Below, piece by piece: positions 1 through 10,716 of a stretch of 64,000 bases of DNA. The first letter of the stretch is position 1. Every line of letters begins with the position of its first letter. The notes below the pieces were generated by a model, which worked only from the letters and a program-made list of their open reading frames with translations, was not told where the DNA came from and searched no databases. The DNA is from Lobosporangium transversale (taxonomy: Eukaryota), in the NCBI RefSeq assembly GCF_002105155.1, contig NW_019028995.1, positions 682,001 through 746,000 of the forward strand. The letters run 5' to 3'. Position numbers and translations under genes: made by a program.

Positions 1-995
1 TGGCCCTCAATCCTTAACATGCTCCTGCGTCCTGTTCTGAGCGATCCACGTGTGATGTGTACGAGTTGTTGACTGTAACTTAAGGATCTGCCTTAAGTCA
101 TCTTCCGCTGGTACACCGTTGAACTTTGCATGGCAGTACATGTCATTATGCTCCGTTATGTTGATATCCCATAGCTCGCTTTGGCACTTTGTCCATTTAT
201 TTTTTTTCTTTTTTTTTTTTTTTTTTTTTCCTGTTAACAAGAACCCACAGAGGTGAGGAATTTTATTTCATAATCTCACTCTAAAGTAATGATATCGCCC
301 TCAACTATGAAACAAGCGAAACTCTCAAAGTTCGCACGGGATGGCTGTGAAGAGCCAATTCGTATCCATGTTTTTCTCTACCAATGTACACCGTGATCGG
401 TACTCGAAGTCCATCCTTCCGATGTGGCCTGTTGCGCCCGTGAAAAGCCGCGGAGGCTGGCGTGCCGACTCTAGCTAAGGACGACTTTTAATTTTTTTCT
501 ATTCGATCAAATCCACTGGCATGTGGACCCAAATCTTGCGGGATTGGTCTGAAATTTCTACTTTGGACTCCGTCAAACTTTGTGATCATCGCTGTCCTAG
601 TCAAGTGGGTGGATGGGGGGATGTGCTGCCAGATGTACCGCTGGTTCGGCTGGGGGGTGGAATATAAACCTAAGACATGTGGCCAGCCAGGCGACTTAGG
701 GTAGTGCACCCACGATCTTAGCCTTAGCGGAGAACACTAGGCTGTCTCGGAGAGAAAGTATAAAAACTCAAGCAAATCCCTGACCTGGCACATGTTTGCT
801 TCACTTTATGTGCCTTAACCAGGACTCGAACCCGGCCCCTGGGCTAGACAGGGGGGTGCCCTGACGATTGGCACTTTGTCCATTTATGAATTTATCTTTT
901 GGCACTTCGTCCAACTTTTTATTATCATTTTGTTCATTTTCTGTCAATCTTTGGGATCATTGACAGATCTTTCCACGTCATGGCTAACAAATCAA

Positions 996-1066
996 GAAAG
1001 TGTAGTATATGGGTATCATTCCGGCCTTCCAAGCCTGAGAACCGGGTTCGAGTCCCGGCACTTTCA
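996..1066 (+). tRNA. tRNA-Gly(TCC), atypical acceptor stem (possibly pseudogene)
   Basis: Folds as GAAAGTG-TA-GTAT-ATGGGTA-TCAT-T-CCGGC-CTTCCAA-GCCTG-AGAA-CCGGG-TTCGAGT-CCCGG-CACTTTC-A. The 7-bp acceptor stem and the T-arm/B-box are perfect, the anticodon is TCC, and TTTT follows. One C:U mismatch in the anticodon stem. Confidence 0.75.
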
Positions 1067-1447
1067 TTTTGTAAAGCTTATACAGGTCCTCGTTATTGAA
1101 GATAAAAAAAGCGATCTCAACAGAGGTATTACACCGCTTAGTTTGATCAACGAATGTCGTCCTCTGTGTTTCTATAGTGCGATCTATTGCGTGTGAAGTG
1201 ATTCACAAGTTCGTTGACTACCTTGAGCAGGCTACGGAATTGATTTGGAAGTCGCACTGTAGAAAAACCATCGCCAAGGAGAAGGATCGAGGCGTGCGAC
1301 CGAGGCAGAAGCGTGCGCCATTCTACAGAGCAACGAGTGAAGCACATGCAGGATTTTATTTTATTTTATTTTAATGAAAATACGGATGGATTAATCTATT
1401 TGGCAGCCCATTGCCAAATGTAGTCAACTTTCAAGACTCTCTTTGGC

Positions 1448-2176
1448 GAATTAAGGAAAAATGCACCCCCCCGTCAGAATAAAATTCTGAGCCCCGGTTG
1501 AGAATTCCCTTGACCCGTCAACATTCATTTTTTCGGAATTCTTACCCCTGTCCCCCCGTCAGAATTCCGGTACACCCCCCGTAAAGATTTTCAAAATGTA
1601 AATCTTTACCCCCCCGTCAACCATCTTAATTGTGGGAATCCTTACCCCCCCGTCAACATTTTGAAGCTGTTTTTAAGAGAAGATTTTCTGTTCTTGGTTA
1701 TACCTAGATCTAACTAGCTATTTAGTTCGACACCATTGATCCTCTCTTACTTTGTATCTTGCCATCAAAGCATGACAGTAGATCAGTGGATCAGTTCCTT
1801 GATGAATGATCTCTTCCTAGATTCGTATTCATCAGGTTCAGAACCCTCGGCAACTTAACATACACCACATGCGTCCAACATAGTCTTAAAAGAAAAAGAC
1901 AAAAAAACATTGCATTATTATTCAGCGTCAACGCTTGGCGATCCTAAACCATCTTTACAATTAATAGAGGTTAAGATTAAAATACTGTACTAGTTGTGTG
2001 GAAATCATAGGATGTAGTACTCTTTTTTTTTTTTTTTTTTTTTTGAAAATCAGCTCCAGAATGTTGACGGGGGGATGAGAATTCCGGAAAGAGAAATGTT
2101 GACGGGGGGGTCAAGGGAATTCTCAACCGGGGGTCAAAATTTTATTCTGACGGGGGGGTGCATTTTTCCTTAATTC
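1448..2176. mobile_element. Element B: 729-bp MITE (MULE-like) nested in element A
   Basis: TIRs gaattaaggaaaaatgcacccccccgtcagaataaaatt.. / ..aattttattctgacgggggggtgcatttttccttaattc, imperfect over ~100 bp. TSD ctctttggc at 1439-1447 and 2177-2185. Many subterminal ccccgtca / tgacgggg motifs. No long ORF. Confidence 0.9.
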
Positions 2177-2775
2177 CTCTTTGGCAGCCCAGTTGCCAAA
2201 TAACATTCATTATTTACTTGGCAGCCTACCCAGCGTTATTTGGCCTCTAACTATTTTTTTTTTTTTTTTTTTCATACTTGAAAAAAAAAAAAAAAAGTCA
2301 TTAGTTTTCTAAATGAGACAAGACTACACATAACTATGACGTAGAAGACGGGAGTTTTATTAATTTAAAGTAGGTCGCTCATACAGTTTTGGAGGTGCCA
2401 TTTGGAGATCATTGCCTATGAGAGGTTTTCGCTCGGAGCAAACGCGTCTCACCTGCTACCTAGACGTCTTCAATAAATCATTCTCTAACCGTGTACATTG
2501 AAGGCTGTTTTGTGAAGATGTCATCGCCGCTGCCCTTAGTACCTCCGGCGGAATTAGCTATGCAAGGCAATGTATCCACAGAACGCTGCTTGTTTTACCA
2601 CTGATGTTATGACCCTGTTATCAAAAAAAAAAAAAAAAAAAAAAAAAAAAAGCAATGTATTTGGCAGCCCAGCTGCCACCCAAGAGTGCGAAGTTAAGTG
2701 GCAGCCCCAGAAGTAGGCAGCCAAATAGAGGCAAAAATTACTATATTTGGTATGGGCTGCCAAATAGATTAATCC

Positions 2776-3007
2776 TAGGCTCGTTCCCATCCCTCTTCAC
2801 TTTATAAAGGTGACAGGAAATTCCATTTCCTTTTTGAGTCACCTAAAGTGAAGGGGCTGGGAAAAAATCTTCGCTTATTAGCTGGTAGCTCAAAAAGGAA
2901 ATAAATAATGCACTTGAGGGAATATTCTTCCGTATATGCAAGGGACAGAACTAGTGGCTGTATTTTTTATAAGTATTTATACTTATAAAAAATTCATGCA
3001 CAATAAT

Positions 3008-3042
<35 letters not shown>

Positions 3043-3372
3043 CGCGTTCCACCTCCAATCCCCTTCACAGTCTGAGTCCTGAGCTCAAGGTGAATATTCT
3101 ATTCACAATTGCTGCATGCCATAGTTTTCTAGCAAAAAAAATAAAAAATAAAAAAAGTCTTTGTTTATTTTTGTAACATATTGTGATATTGTTTCATAAA
3201 CCTGAATGGGCTTGACTTCTTAACCTCACTTAATCGCTTCCCTTCCGCTTCTCTTTCGCACTTCTCTTTCTCGCTTCCCTTCCGCTTCTCTTTCTCGCTT
3301 CTCGGCTTACCTCTCTCAAACACTTATCTCTTCACTTCCTACACTCCACCCCTCTACAAACAACTTACGATG
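2776..3372 (+). repeat. Left TIR of the Academ element (~597 bp)
   Basis: By eye identical to the reverse complement of 13077-13672 except for poly-T length. Ends on the ATG at 3370-3372. Confidence 0.95.
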
Positions 3373-6165
3373 GATTCTATCAAATTTCGTAATTTCAAAC
3401 CTATCAAGCTTCCTAAGAGCTATCGCACACCTAACCAGGCTACCCCATCGGTTCCTGAGCCGCTGAGAAACATGTATGTATACTATTGCTAAAACGGAAC
3501 CAATGTTAGTGTCAAATGTCAATGTGTCCTCAAATCTCACGTCTATCCTCCACATATCTCTTCATGCCCCTCATCTCTAGCACAATGCGCCAGATGTGGA
3601 AAGCATTGGAAGAAGGAGAAACCCCAACGCCTACATCGGAACAGCAGGAGGAGCTGGAAATTATCGGCGAAACTCCCTCCATCTATCCTTCCAATGATGA
3701 TTACTTGGTCGATATTTTTAAAGTGCTGGTAGAGGAAAAAAAAATATCGTTACGTCAATTCCTATCAGATGTATTTGAATCGCGCCATAGGGTCGTCCAA
3801 GGAAGCGTCAGGAGATTTTATGCTAATAGCGGTCCTGCTTCCATAGTCGAGACGTGGAAATCGCAATTGGAATCCGAAAAGGCTCATAATAAGGCATACG
3901 ACGATCTCGGTCGGGCTGCAGCAGACATTGTCGTTGATGGCGCAAAACGTGAACTCGAGGAGCTCACCAAGGCCGATGACCTGAGGCTTCCAGCCAAGAA
4001 TTTGTCCCCCAAGGTGGTCCAGGAATTTTCATTAAATTTAAATAAGAAGTTGGAATCAGCACCCCTGCTCTTCAAAATCATCTCCAATTTGACATCGGTC
4101 AACCCTTACTCCATTGAAAAAGCACCAGCAATTCGTGTCACTATCGTTAGCATGTTGGTGAAACTCTGTTCCCAGAAGTCGAACTACTTGCAAATGATGA
4201 TGGGACTTCATCTGCATGCCTCGGGATGTCCAAAGCGTGTGATAAATTTGCTCGCTGTGAGTGGTCTATCGGTGTCACATATGACGATCTGCACAGCCCT
4301 CAGATCGTTAACAAGGAATTCTCTTCAGGAGGTTCGTTCCCAAGTTAGGAAGCGCCCATGGTACTTGCTGTATGATAACATTAATATGGCCAATCGGAAA
4401 TATGACCAGCGCAGCAATAACTTAGACTCCTTCGATAATGGGACCACCGCGACCATCGTGCTCGGCGAGGATATTGGGCCAGATCAAGATCAAGATGTAC
4501 TTCCCATCTCCATTTGCACCCTTATTCCAAGGCAATTGCACTCAAGGTGAGGCACAGACACAAAAACACGACTGAAGTGCATAATCAGTCTACCTTTTTT
4601 TTTTTTTTTTTTTTTTTTTTAGCTAATCGTTCTGATAATGCCGTAGAGATGTCACTCGGTTCCATTTGATCGACGTTCTTCAGCGGCATTTCACCACCTA
4701 CGGCTGCTCGATGGATGCCCCTTCAATAGAGCCCCTTGAAGTAAAGGAGACAAAAACATACCCGTTGCCTGCGTTGAAGATCGATCAATCAACTATATCA
4801 GGCAACATTGAGATCCTTGAGACAATAATGAGAGACACGCTTCAGCTGCCTGAAGAGTGGTTCACCGACTATACAAAAGTTATAGTTGCGGGGGATCAGC
4901 TTACCATATCCAGAATAGCATCCTTGCAAGAACTACGCAGAGAAGATAGAACAAGTTTCGATCGAATGCAATGGGCGATTCCTGTGATACAGCTCTTTCA
5001 CCTCCAAATGGTTCTCTGTGGTACAATCCTTCGTACTCATTATGGGTCCTTTTCATCACCAGGGTCTCTGGGTTTTATTATATCCATGCTGGGGCGAAAG
5101 CGACTTGGCCGTGATACATCCAACTTTCACGCCGCAGACGAACTGATAAGGCATACTTTCGATGCAATGGTAAGACGGCTATGGGAAGTTGAGTTTGGGC
5201 TAAATATCAGCGACATGCAGGCTTATGAGTGCAGGCTAGAGAACTATGGCAAGTCGGACAATATTTTAGGCAAAGTTTGCGAAGGGGTCGACGCTGTCAT
5301 ACAAAAGTGGTTGCGCAACGCACATCAGATCGCCGAGGAAAGCGGCAGTGCGAATGCAAACGCGGCTTTGTTTATCAGGGATGCTCTTGTTTATATCGAA
5401 TTGGGTGCAGCCATAAAGGCTGGGGACATCGGACGCATCCAAGATGTGCTGGGAACGATAACCGTCATGTTTCAAGCTGGAGGAATGAAAAACTATGCAG
5501 GCGAGCTCTTGCGTTTGACATATGGGATCCACTACGGCTGGTCTGCACAACGGAGGAAGGCTATTTTGTCCTCCTTGCTGATAAATACGAAGGGCAAGGA
5601 GAATGGGTGGATCCCTGCGGATTTGTACCAAGAGCACAATAACCTGCTGACAAAAGTCATTCATGCAGCGAAGGAAAGCAATATGTCCTGGGAGACATTG
5701 GCCAATTCAATATCTACCAACATTCGTCTGTTTTCGAAGCTCAAGTCGGTGCTCGAGTCACAGTACAACATGATTCCCAACAGTACTCGACACTCACCAG
5801 TTTCTGTCGATGAAGATATCATAAGAATTGTAGCTCATCTTCGTGACTATAATATTCTTGGCAGAGGTTCCTGTCTGGGCAGCAGCCATATTCCGATTAC
5901 CACAGATTTGTATTGCGAAGGCTTTGAAAAGCTGGTAGCAGGACGCTTCCAAAACATTGTTAAGCACATTTCCGAACGAAATAGTACCGAAGACATGGCG
6001 ACTGTTCTCGCAAGCCTTGCGATAGAAGATCAACAGGTGGAGTCGTATATTACCTCCTGTTTCCCTGAAAACATGCAGACAGATGGATACGATAGCCCAG
6101 ATTTAGATGTGATAGCAGATGATGAATACGACTTCTCTGACCTAGATGAGGCATTTAGGGAATAG
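3370..6165 (+). CDS. Academ-type DDE transposase (DUF6589-like), ~862 aa, 3 exons (3370-3473, 3581-4546, 4647-6165)
   Basis: Introns gtatgt..ctag (3474-3580) and gtgagg..gctaat..gtag (4547-4646) both keep frame. Motifs LLYDNIN, VAGDQLT, FHLQM..HYGS...PGSL, GDIGRI, NYAGELL and PADLYQEHNN supply a candidate D-D-E triad. No stop in the spliced frame. Confidence 0.88.
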
Positions 6166-6747
6166 TGCAATGTCCCCGTCATGGAGGTCCATTTTCTTTG
6201 AATCCAGACAGTAGCTTCACATAGAAGCTTACTCTGTACAGGAGCAAGGATCAATCCTCCCGCATTTATACCTCGTCCCCTGCCCTGTCTCCAGCTCCAA
6301 TTATGTTCTCATTTCTGGTCCTTTCTCTGCTCTTATTCTTTGCTCCAATATCATCCTCATCAGCATAAGCCTTGTGAGAACCTTCGCACTTTTGTCGTCC
6401 CAGCCTGTATCATCTCAAGTACCACTTCTACTGTATCATTTTGTAATTTATTATTGTCTGTATCATATTGCAATCTATTGTCCTAATCATGTTCATCACA
6501 TTGTAGTTTATTGTAATACCATTCTATTGTATATAATTCAGTGTAGACTAGGTTCCTTCTTTTTCATAATGGTTCTTTTATCTTCACCCATTTAGTCTTA
6601 TTTATTGTATAAATATCGTCTTTGTCGTCATTTAATAAAAATCGCAGAAAGATAATATAGAAGCATGGCGGGAGGGAGACATAATCTGATATGAAAAAAA
6701 ATGTAAAGGACTCCGCGTTGATGATGATAAAATTACTCATACGTCTT

Positions 6748-8200
6748 TCACGGTTGTAGTATTCTCTTTAGCTGCGCCTCAACGTTGACTGTGATAGTAC
6801 CGGTGTTGATACGAGTCAGTTCTGTTTGTATTTTGTCTGCAAGACCGCTCAGCTTTTTATCAACCTCCGCCGAGACAGGCCTTGTCTCTTCCGCCTTCAT
6901 GACTTTGACCAATTGCTCCAGATTTTTGTAAATCCCGCCATTACCTTGCTTGGCATGCGGAATCAGGGCCAAGTAATCCTCCACCTGCTTCTTCAGCACA
7001 ACGCCCTTGTCACTGTAGAGTTCGTAGAAAATATAGGCAGCAAGCTTGAGGCCTGACCATCCCTTCTGCTGATGCTTGAAATGCCACAAAGTCGCCAACA
7101 GCACTGGACTGGTGAAGGGCGATTTAAACTGAGGATGTACGGCAGCGTGCTTGCCGTACGTGGCCTCTTCGTCAAAGTTGGACCGCGTCTGACGCTCCAC
7201 ATTGTTGTACAGGTATTCCTCACTACCTTCTTGAGCCATATGTGCGACTCACTGTGAGGATTGAAAACGATGTTATGTGGCCCCACAATAACTTTGCCAC
7301 TCGTCAGCACAACTCCCATCGTCACTAGAGCACTCCATGCGGTTGTTCCAATCATCAGCTGGCTGGTACGATTGAACAACTGACTGGCGACCTTGACCAC
7401 CTTGCTACCTGGAAAAGCCACGAATGCATCGGCATGGGGGTCCTCGGACTGAAGACGGCTGTACACCTCCACCTTAAGACACATGATAACGTCGTTACCA
7501 GACTGGATCAGACAGCTCTGCAACTTCCTTGCCACCTGCTCGCTGTTACCTAAGAACGGCATGTGCCAAAACTAGTCGTTATCCTTCGCCAGCTCGTACT
7601 CCTCCAGCTTCACCAGCCGACCGTAAGGCTGAGGCTTCAGAGCCATCTCCAAGTCCGCGTCCTCCAGTGTCCTTTCTTGTTGATGGTTCAAAGGGCTCAC
7701 CAAGGCGACTTCCCTTCTTTCTTAAGTATATAGGCTCGGGGAGCAAGCGCAAAACCAAACAGCTTCTCGCCGTCCATTAACTTTATCGATATTGACATAA
7801 ACATATTCTTGGCAAATTCAGCACTAGCAACATGCTTCACGTTGTCGATAAGCTCCATCTCAAATAAACGCCAGTCCTCCTGAGACACGCTAACCGGCCA
7901 TGATTCGCATTTGAGGGAGTGGCTCGCAAGAGCCGCAACGTCTTTCAAGGAGTTTTGTTTCTTCGCTTTCTCTGTCATCTTCATCGGCTCCTTGCACCAC
8001 GAACACGGCCGCGGGAACACGAGTTTGCTGACCATTGGACACTTAAGGAGATGGTCCTTCAGTGACCTGTGGGTCTGGACAGAGTGGTCGTAGCATTCAC
8101 ACTTGAGGGTAGAATTCGTCCGCGGGATCCATCGTGCGACTCACTCCGATGGTTGCGAAGAGACAGGGCCGAGGAAAGCCCACTCATACAAAGATAAAAA
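6748..8200 (-). pseudogene. Passenger gene inside Academ: disrupted gene with N-terminal Cys/His zinc-finger-like motifs
   Basis: Successive minus-strand frames read LCMSGLSSALSLRNHRSESH, then KCECYDHSVQTHRSLKDHLLKC..PCSWC..SHSLKC, then ..LAKDND*FWHMPFLG (in-frame TAG 7572-7574), then ORF 6748-7239. Joining them needs frameshifts. 5' end approximate. Confidence 0.55.
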
Positions 8201-8328
8201 ACCTTGGCGTTAAACTTAGCTATGGGTCCAATAGGTCAGATGAAGGTGCCCCCAGTTTATACGACACTCGTCAATCCATGTTTGAATGCGTGTATGATCT
8301 TGCGAATGCGTGTTGTTTACACATTATT

Positions 8329-8365
<37 letters not shown>

Positions 8366-9445
8366 AAAACGATGTGCTTCTAACACTCTCAGCTTCACCC
8401 CTTTTTTTGTTGCACCTTTTTTTTACACCTTTTTTTACACCTACGCCTTTTTTTACACCTACGCCTTTTTACGCCTTTTTTTACACCTTTTTTTACACCT
8501 TTTTTTTTTTTTTTTTTTTGATATGGTACACTCTTTTTTTAACATCTCGGCTAACGCTTCAGTTAATGCGCTTTATACCTTCAGTCATGTTTCCAGCAGA
8601 CACCTAACGTTCTCACCCAATGCACCTCTTTTCCTCATTTTCCGATTACATGTCCAACGACCTAATTCAACTCTACTGAAGTCCTCTCTTTTTTCTAGTC
8701 ATTAAAGCTTACAGCAATAGACGAGTTTGTGAGTGATCCTTTCCCAAGCTTGCATTCGTCACTAGGCTCAAACCTTCAGCCTTCAGCACCTTTACACGCA
8801 CTACATGAGTCCCCCATTGTCATAAAATAATTACATTTTATAGTATATAAAAAAATAATAAATAATAATTAAGGATTTTATTTCTCAGCGGAAATTGGTT
8901 ATAACTCGATTTCGAGGTCGCCATGTTGCTTAGCAATACCATACACGGTATACTGCGCCGGATGGTCCATATTGCGGACATACTCGGGTAGCTGGGTTTT
9001 CGTTGGACCTCTTATATTGCTTACGCCAGCTGGACTCTCCTTTATCTTGTCCACAGGAGTAGTGGGGTTTAGGTTATGGAAAGGATACCTTGTGCTCTAT
9101 TAACATTGTCTGTAATATTAAAGGGACAGGCATCTCTCATTAACCATTTATACATACAGACTTTACACTGGTTGCATTTACTTAAATACTTGTAGCTTAG
9201 CTTTATTTTATCTTCAGAGTTGAGCCATTGACACTGAAAGCAAGGCCGATCTTTTGAAAGCCTCTTCTTCCACTGAGCGTAAGGTGGAAAAATTCATGTG
9301 CCAAACCTGATTCAATTCAAGTAGTGAGTTGTTTCAGTCGATCGATACCACAAATATATTTTTTTATGCTTCAAAACTCTGGTGCCTGAGTGTGACCTCT
9401 AACTCTGTCAAATTGCACTTTTATTAATGTCGATGAAAAAAAATA

Positions 9446-10204
9446 CTATTTTGTAGATGGCTCTACGGATGTTCGAGCTCTCTTACTATGACGAGGAGAA
9501 CTGTTTGGCTCGCTAGCAGTCTCCTCTTGATCGACAGGATGCTTGGCTGGCACAACCGTCTTATATAGCTCTATCCATAGAGCTGCCCTTTCCTCCAAGC
9601 GTTTACTATGAGGCGCTTCCACGCCAACAGCGGTCAGCTCAGTGAAAACCTTGCGCAGACCCCTAGCTGCCAACTCCTGCATTGACTCTGTGGTGCTTGC
9701 AACCACAGGCGCCTCAGCCACTCTATGTTGTTGTTGCAGAGTAGCCCTTGCTTTTTTGGCGGTCTCCCAATCCTCCTCCGAGACCAGCCGAAGCTTGAGC
9801 TTCTCCAACTGCTTGAACAACGATGGCTCATGCAGACGGAATAGCGTGAAGCCTTCACGCTTTAGCACGTGGCCCTTGGGTGTCCTTGCCTCTTGACCCT
9901 CGAGTACCAACCATTCTCGAGGATAGACTTCATCCCCGTCCTGATACTCGGCTGGCAAAGGGTCAGACCGCCCGCGGATTGAACACTGGTACGGATCCAG
10001 GAAAAGTTTACTATATACACTTAACAGGTTTTCCGTGGACACTGGTTTGAAAGGCACTAGCCTGCCACGGTACTCGTTTGGATCGGATTGAGTACTCGAT
10101 GACACCTCGTTAACGTTGGGAGTGCTCTCTACTTCGTCACGAGTACGTTTCCTGCTAGTGCTAACTGCAGAGGAAGAAGAAACGATGTTGTTAGTGGAAG
10201 ACAT
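9446..10204 (-). CDS. Passenger gene inside Academ: hypothetical 252-aa protein
   Basis: Uninterrupted ATG-initiated ORF with coding-like GC between AT-rich flanks. NLS-like SRKRTR and HSKRAR. No family recognised. Confidence 0.6.
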   Translation of the reverse strand: MSSTNNIVSSSSAVSTSRKRTRDEVESTPNVNEVSSSTQSDPNEYRGRLVPFKPVSTENLLSVYSKLFLDPYQCSIRGRSDPLPAEYQDGDEVYPREWLVLEGQEARTPKGHVLKREGFTLFRLHEPSLFKQLEKLKLRLVSEEDWETAKKARATLQQQHRVAEAPVVASTTESMQELAARGLRKVFTELTAVGVEAPHSKRLEERAALWIELYKTVVPAKHPVDQEETASEPNSSPRHSKRARTSVEPSTK

Positions 10205-10716
10205 GTGTAATAGGTAGTGAAGACAAAAGGTGATTTTATTATAAATATTAAAACAAGCCTTTTTATAGGCTTAAGGCTATATACTGTTACAACATGCGAA
10301 ATGGTTTCTAAGAAAAAAAATTTTTTTTTTCTGTTTCTAGCCTGGGCCCCATATTTCTCTTCTGGAGCCGATGACAAAGTTTCGATTTTTGCTGGCCAAG
10401 TTAACTGGTCAAGAGAATAATATAAAAAAAAAGTTCACATAAAGATATTAGTGGACGTGCAAAAAAATCAACCGACGGACTAAAGTGGTGTAAGAGTGTT
10501 GGGTACGTACCGCTTTTCTCAAAACTACTGGTGTAAAAAAGTTGGGTATACGCACGCAACTTTTTTAACCAGAAGGCTAATCCTTTCAACTATAAGAATT
10601 TTGTAAAGTAAACCATTTGTATTTGAAAGAGTCTAGAAATTAAAATTTAAAATTTAAAAAAGGCCAACATGAAAGAAATTCACTCTCTCACCTTCTCATC
10701 CACATCAAGTTTTGGG

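Noticed and set aside
7..709. Minus-strand ORF fragments at the window start
   Set aside because: Short, interrupted and without a recognisable motif. May be a decayed gene or TE, but this cannot be supported.
810..870. Second tRNA-like sequence on the minus strand (ccgggttcgagtcctgg T-arm)
   Set aside because: Only the T-arm/B-box is convincing. There is no matching 5' acceptor strand or proper anticodon arm, so at most a relic.
181..887. 20-bp direct repeat ttggcactttgtccatttat at 181-200 and 868-887
   Set aside because: The repeat is real, but no element boundaries, LTR features or further array could be assigned.
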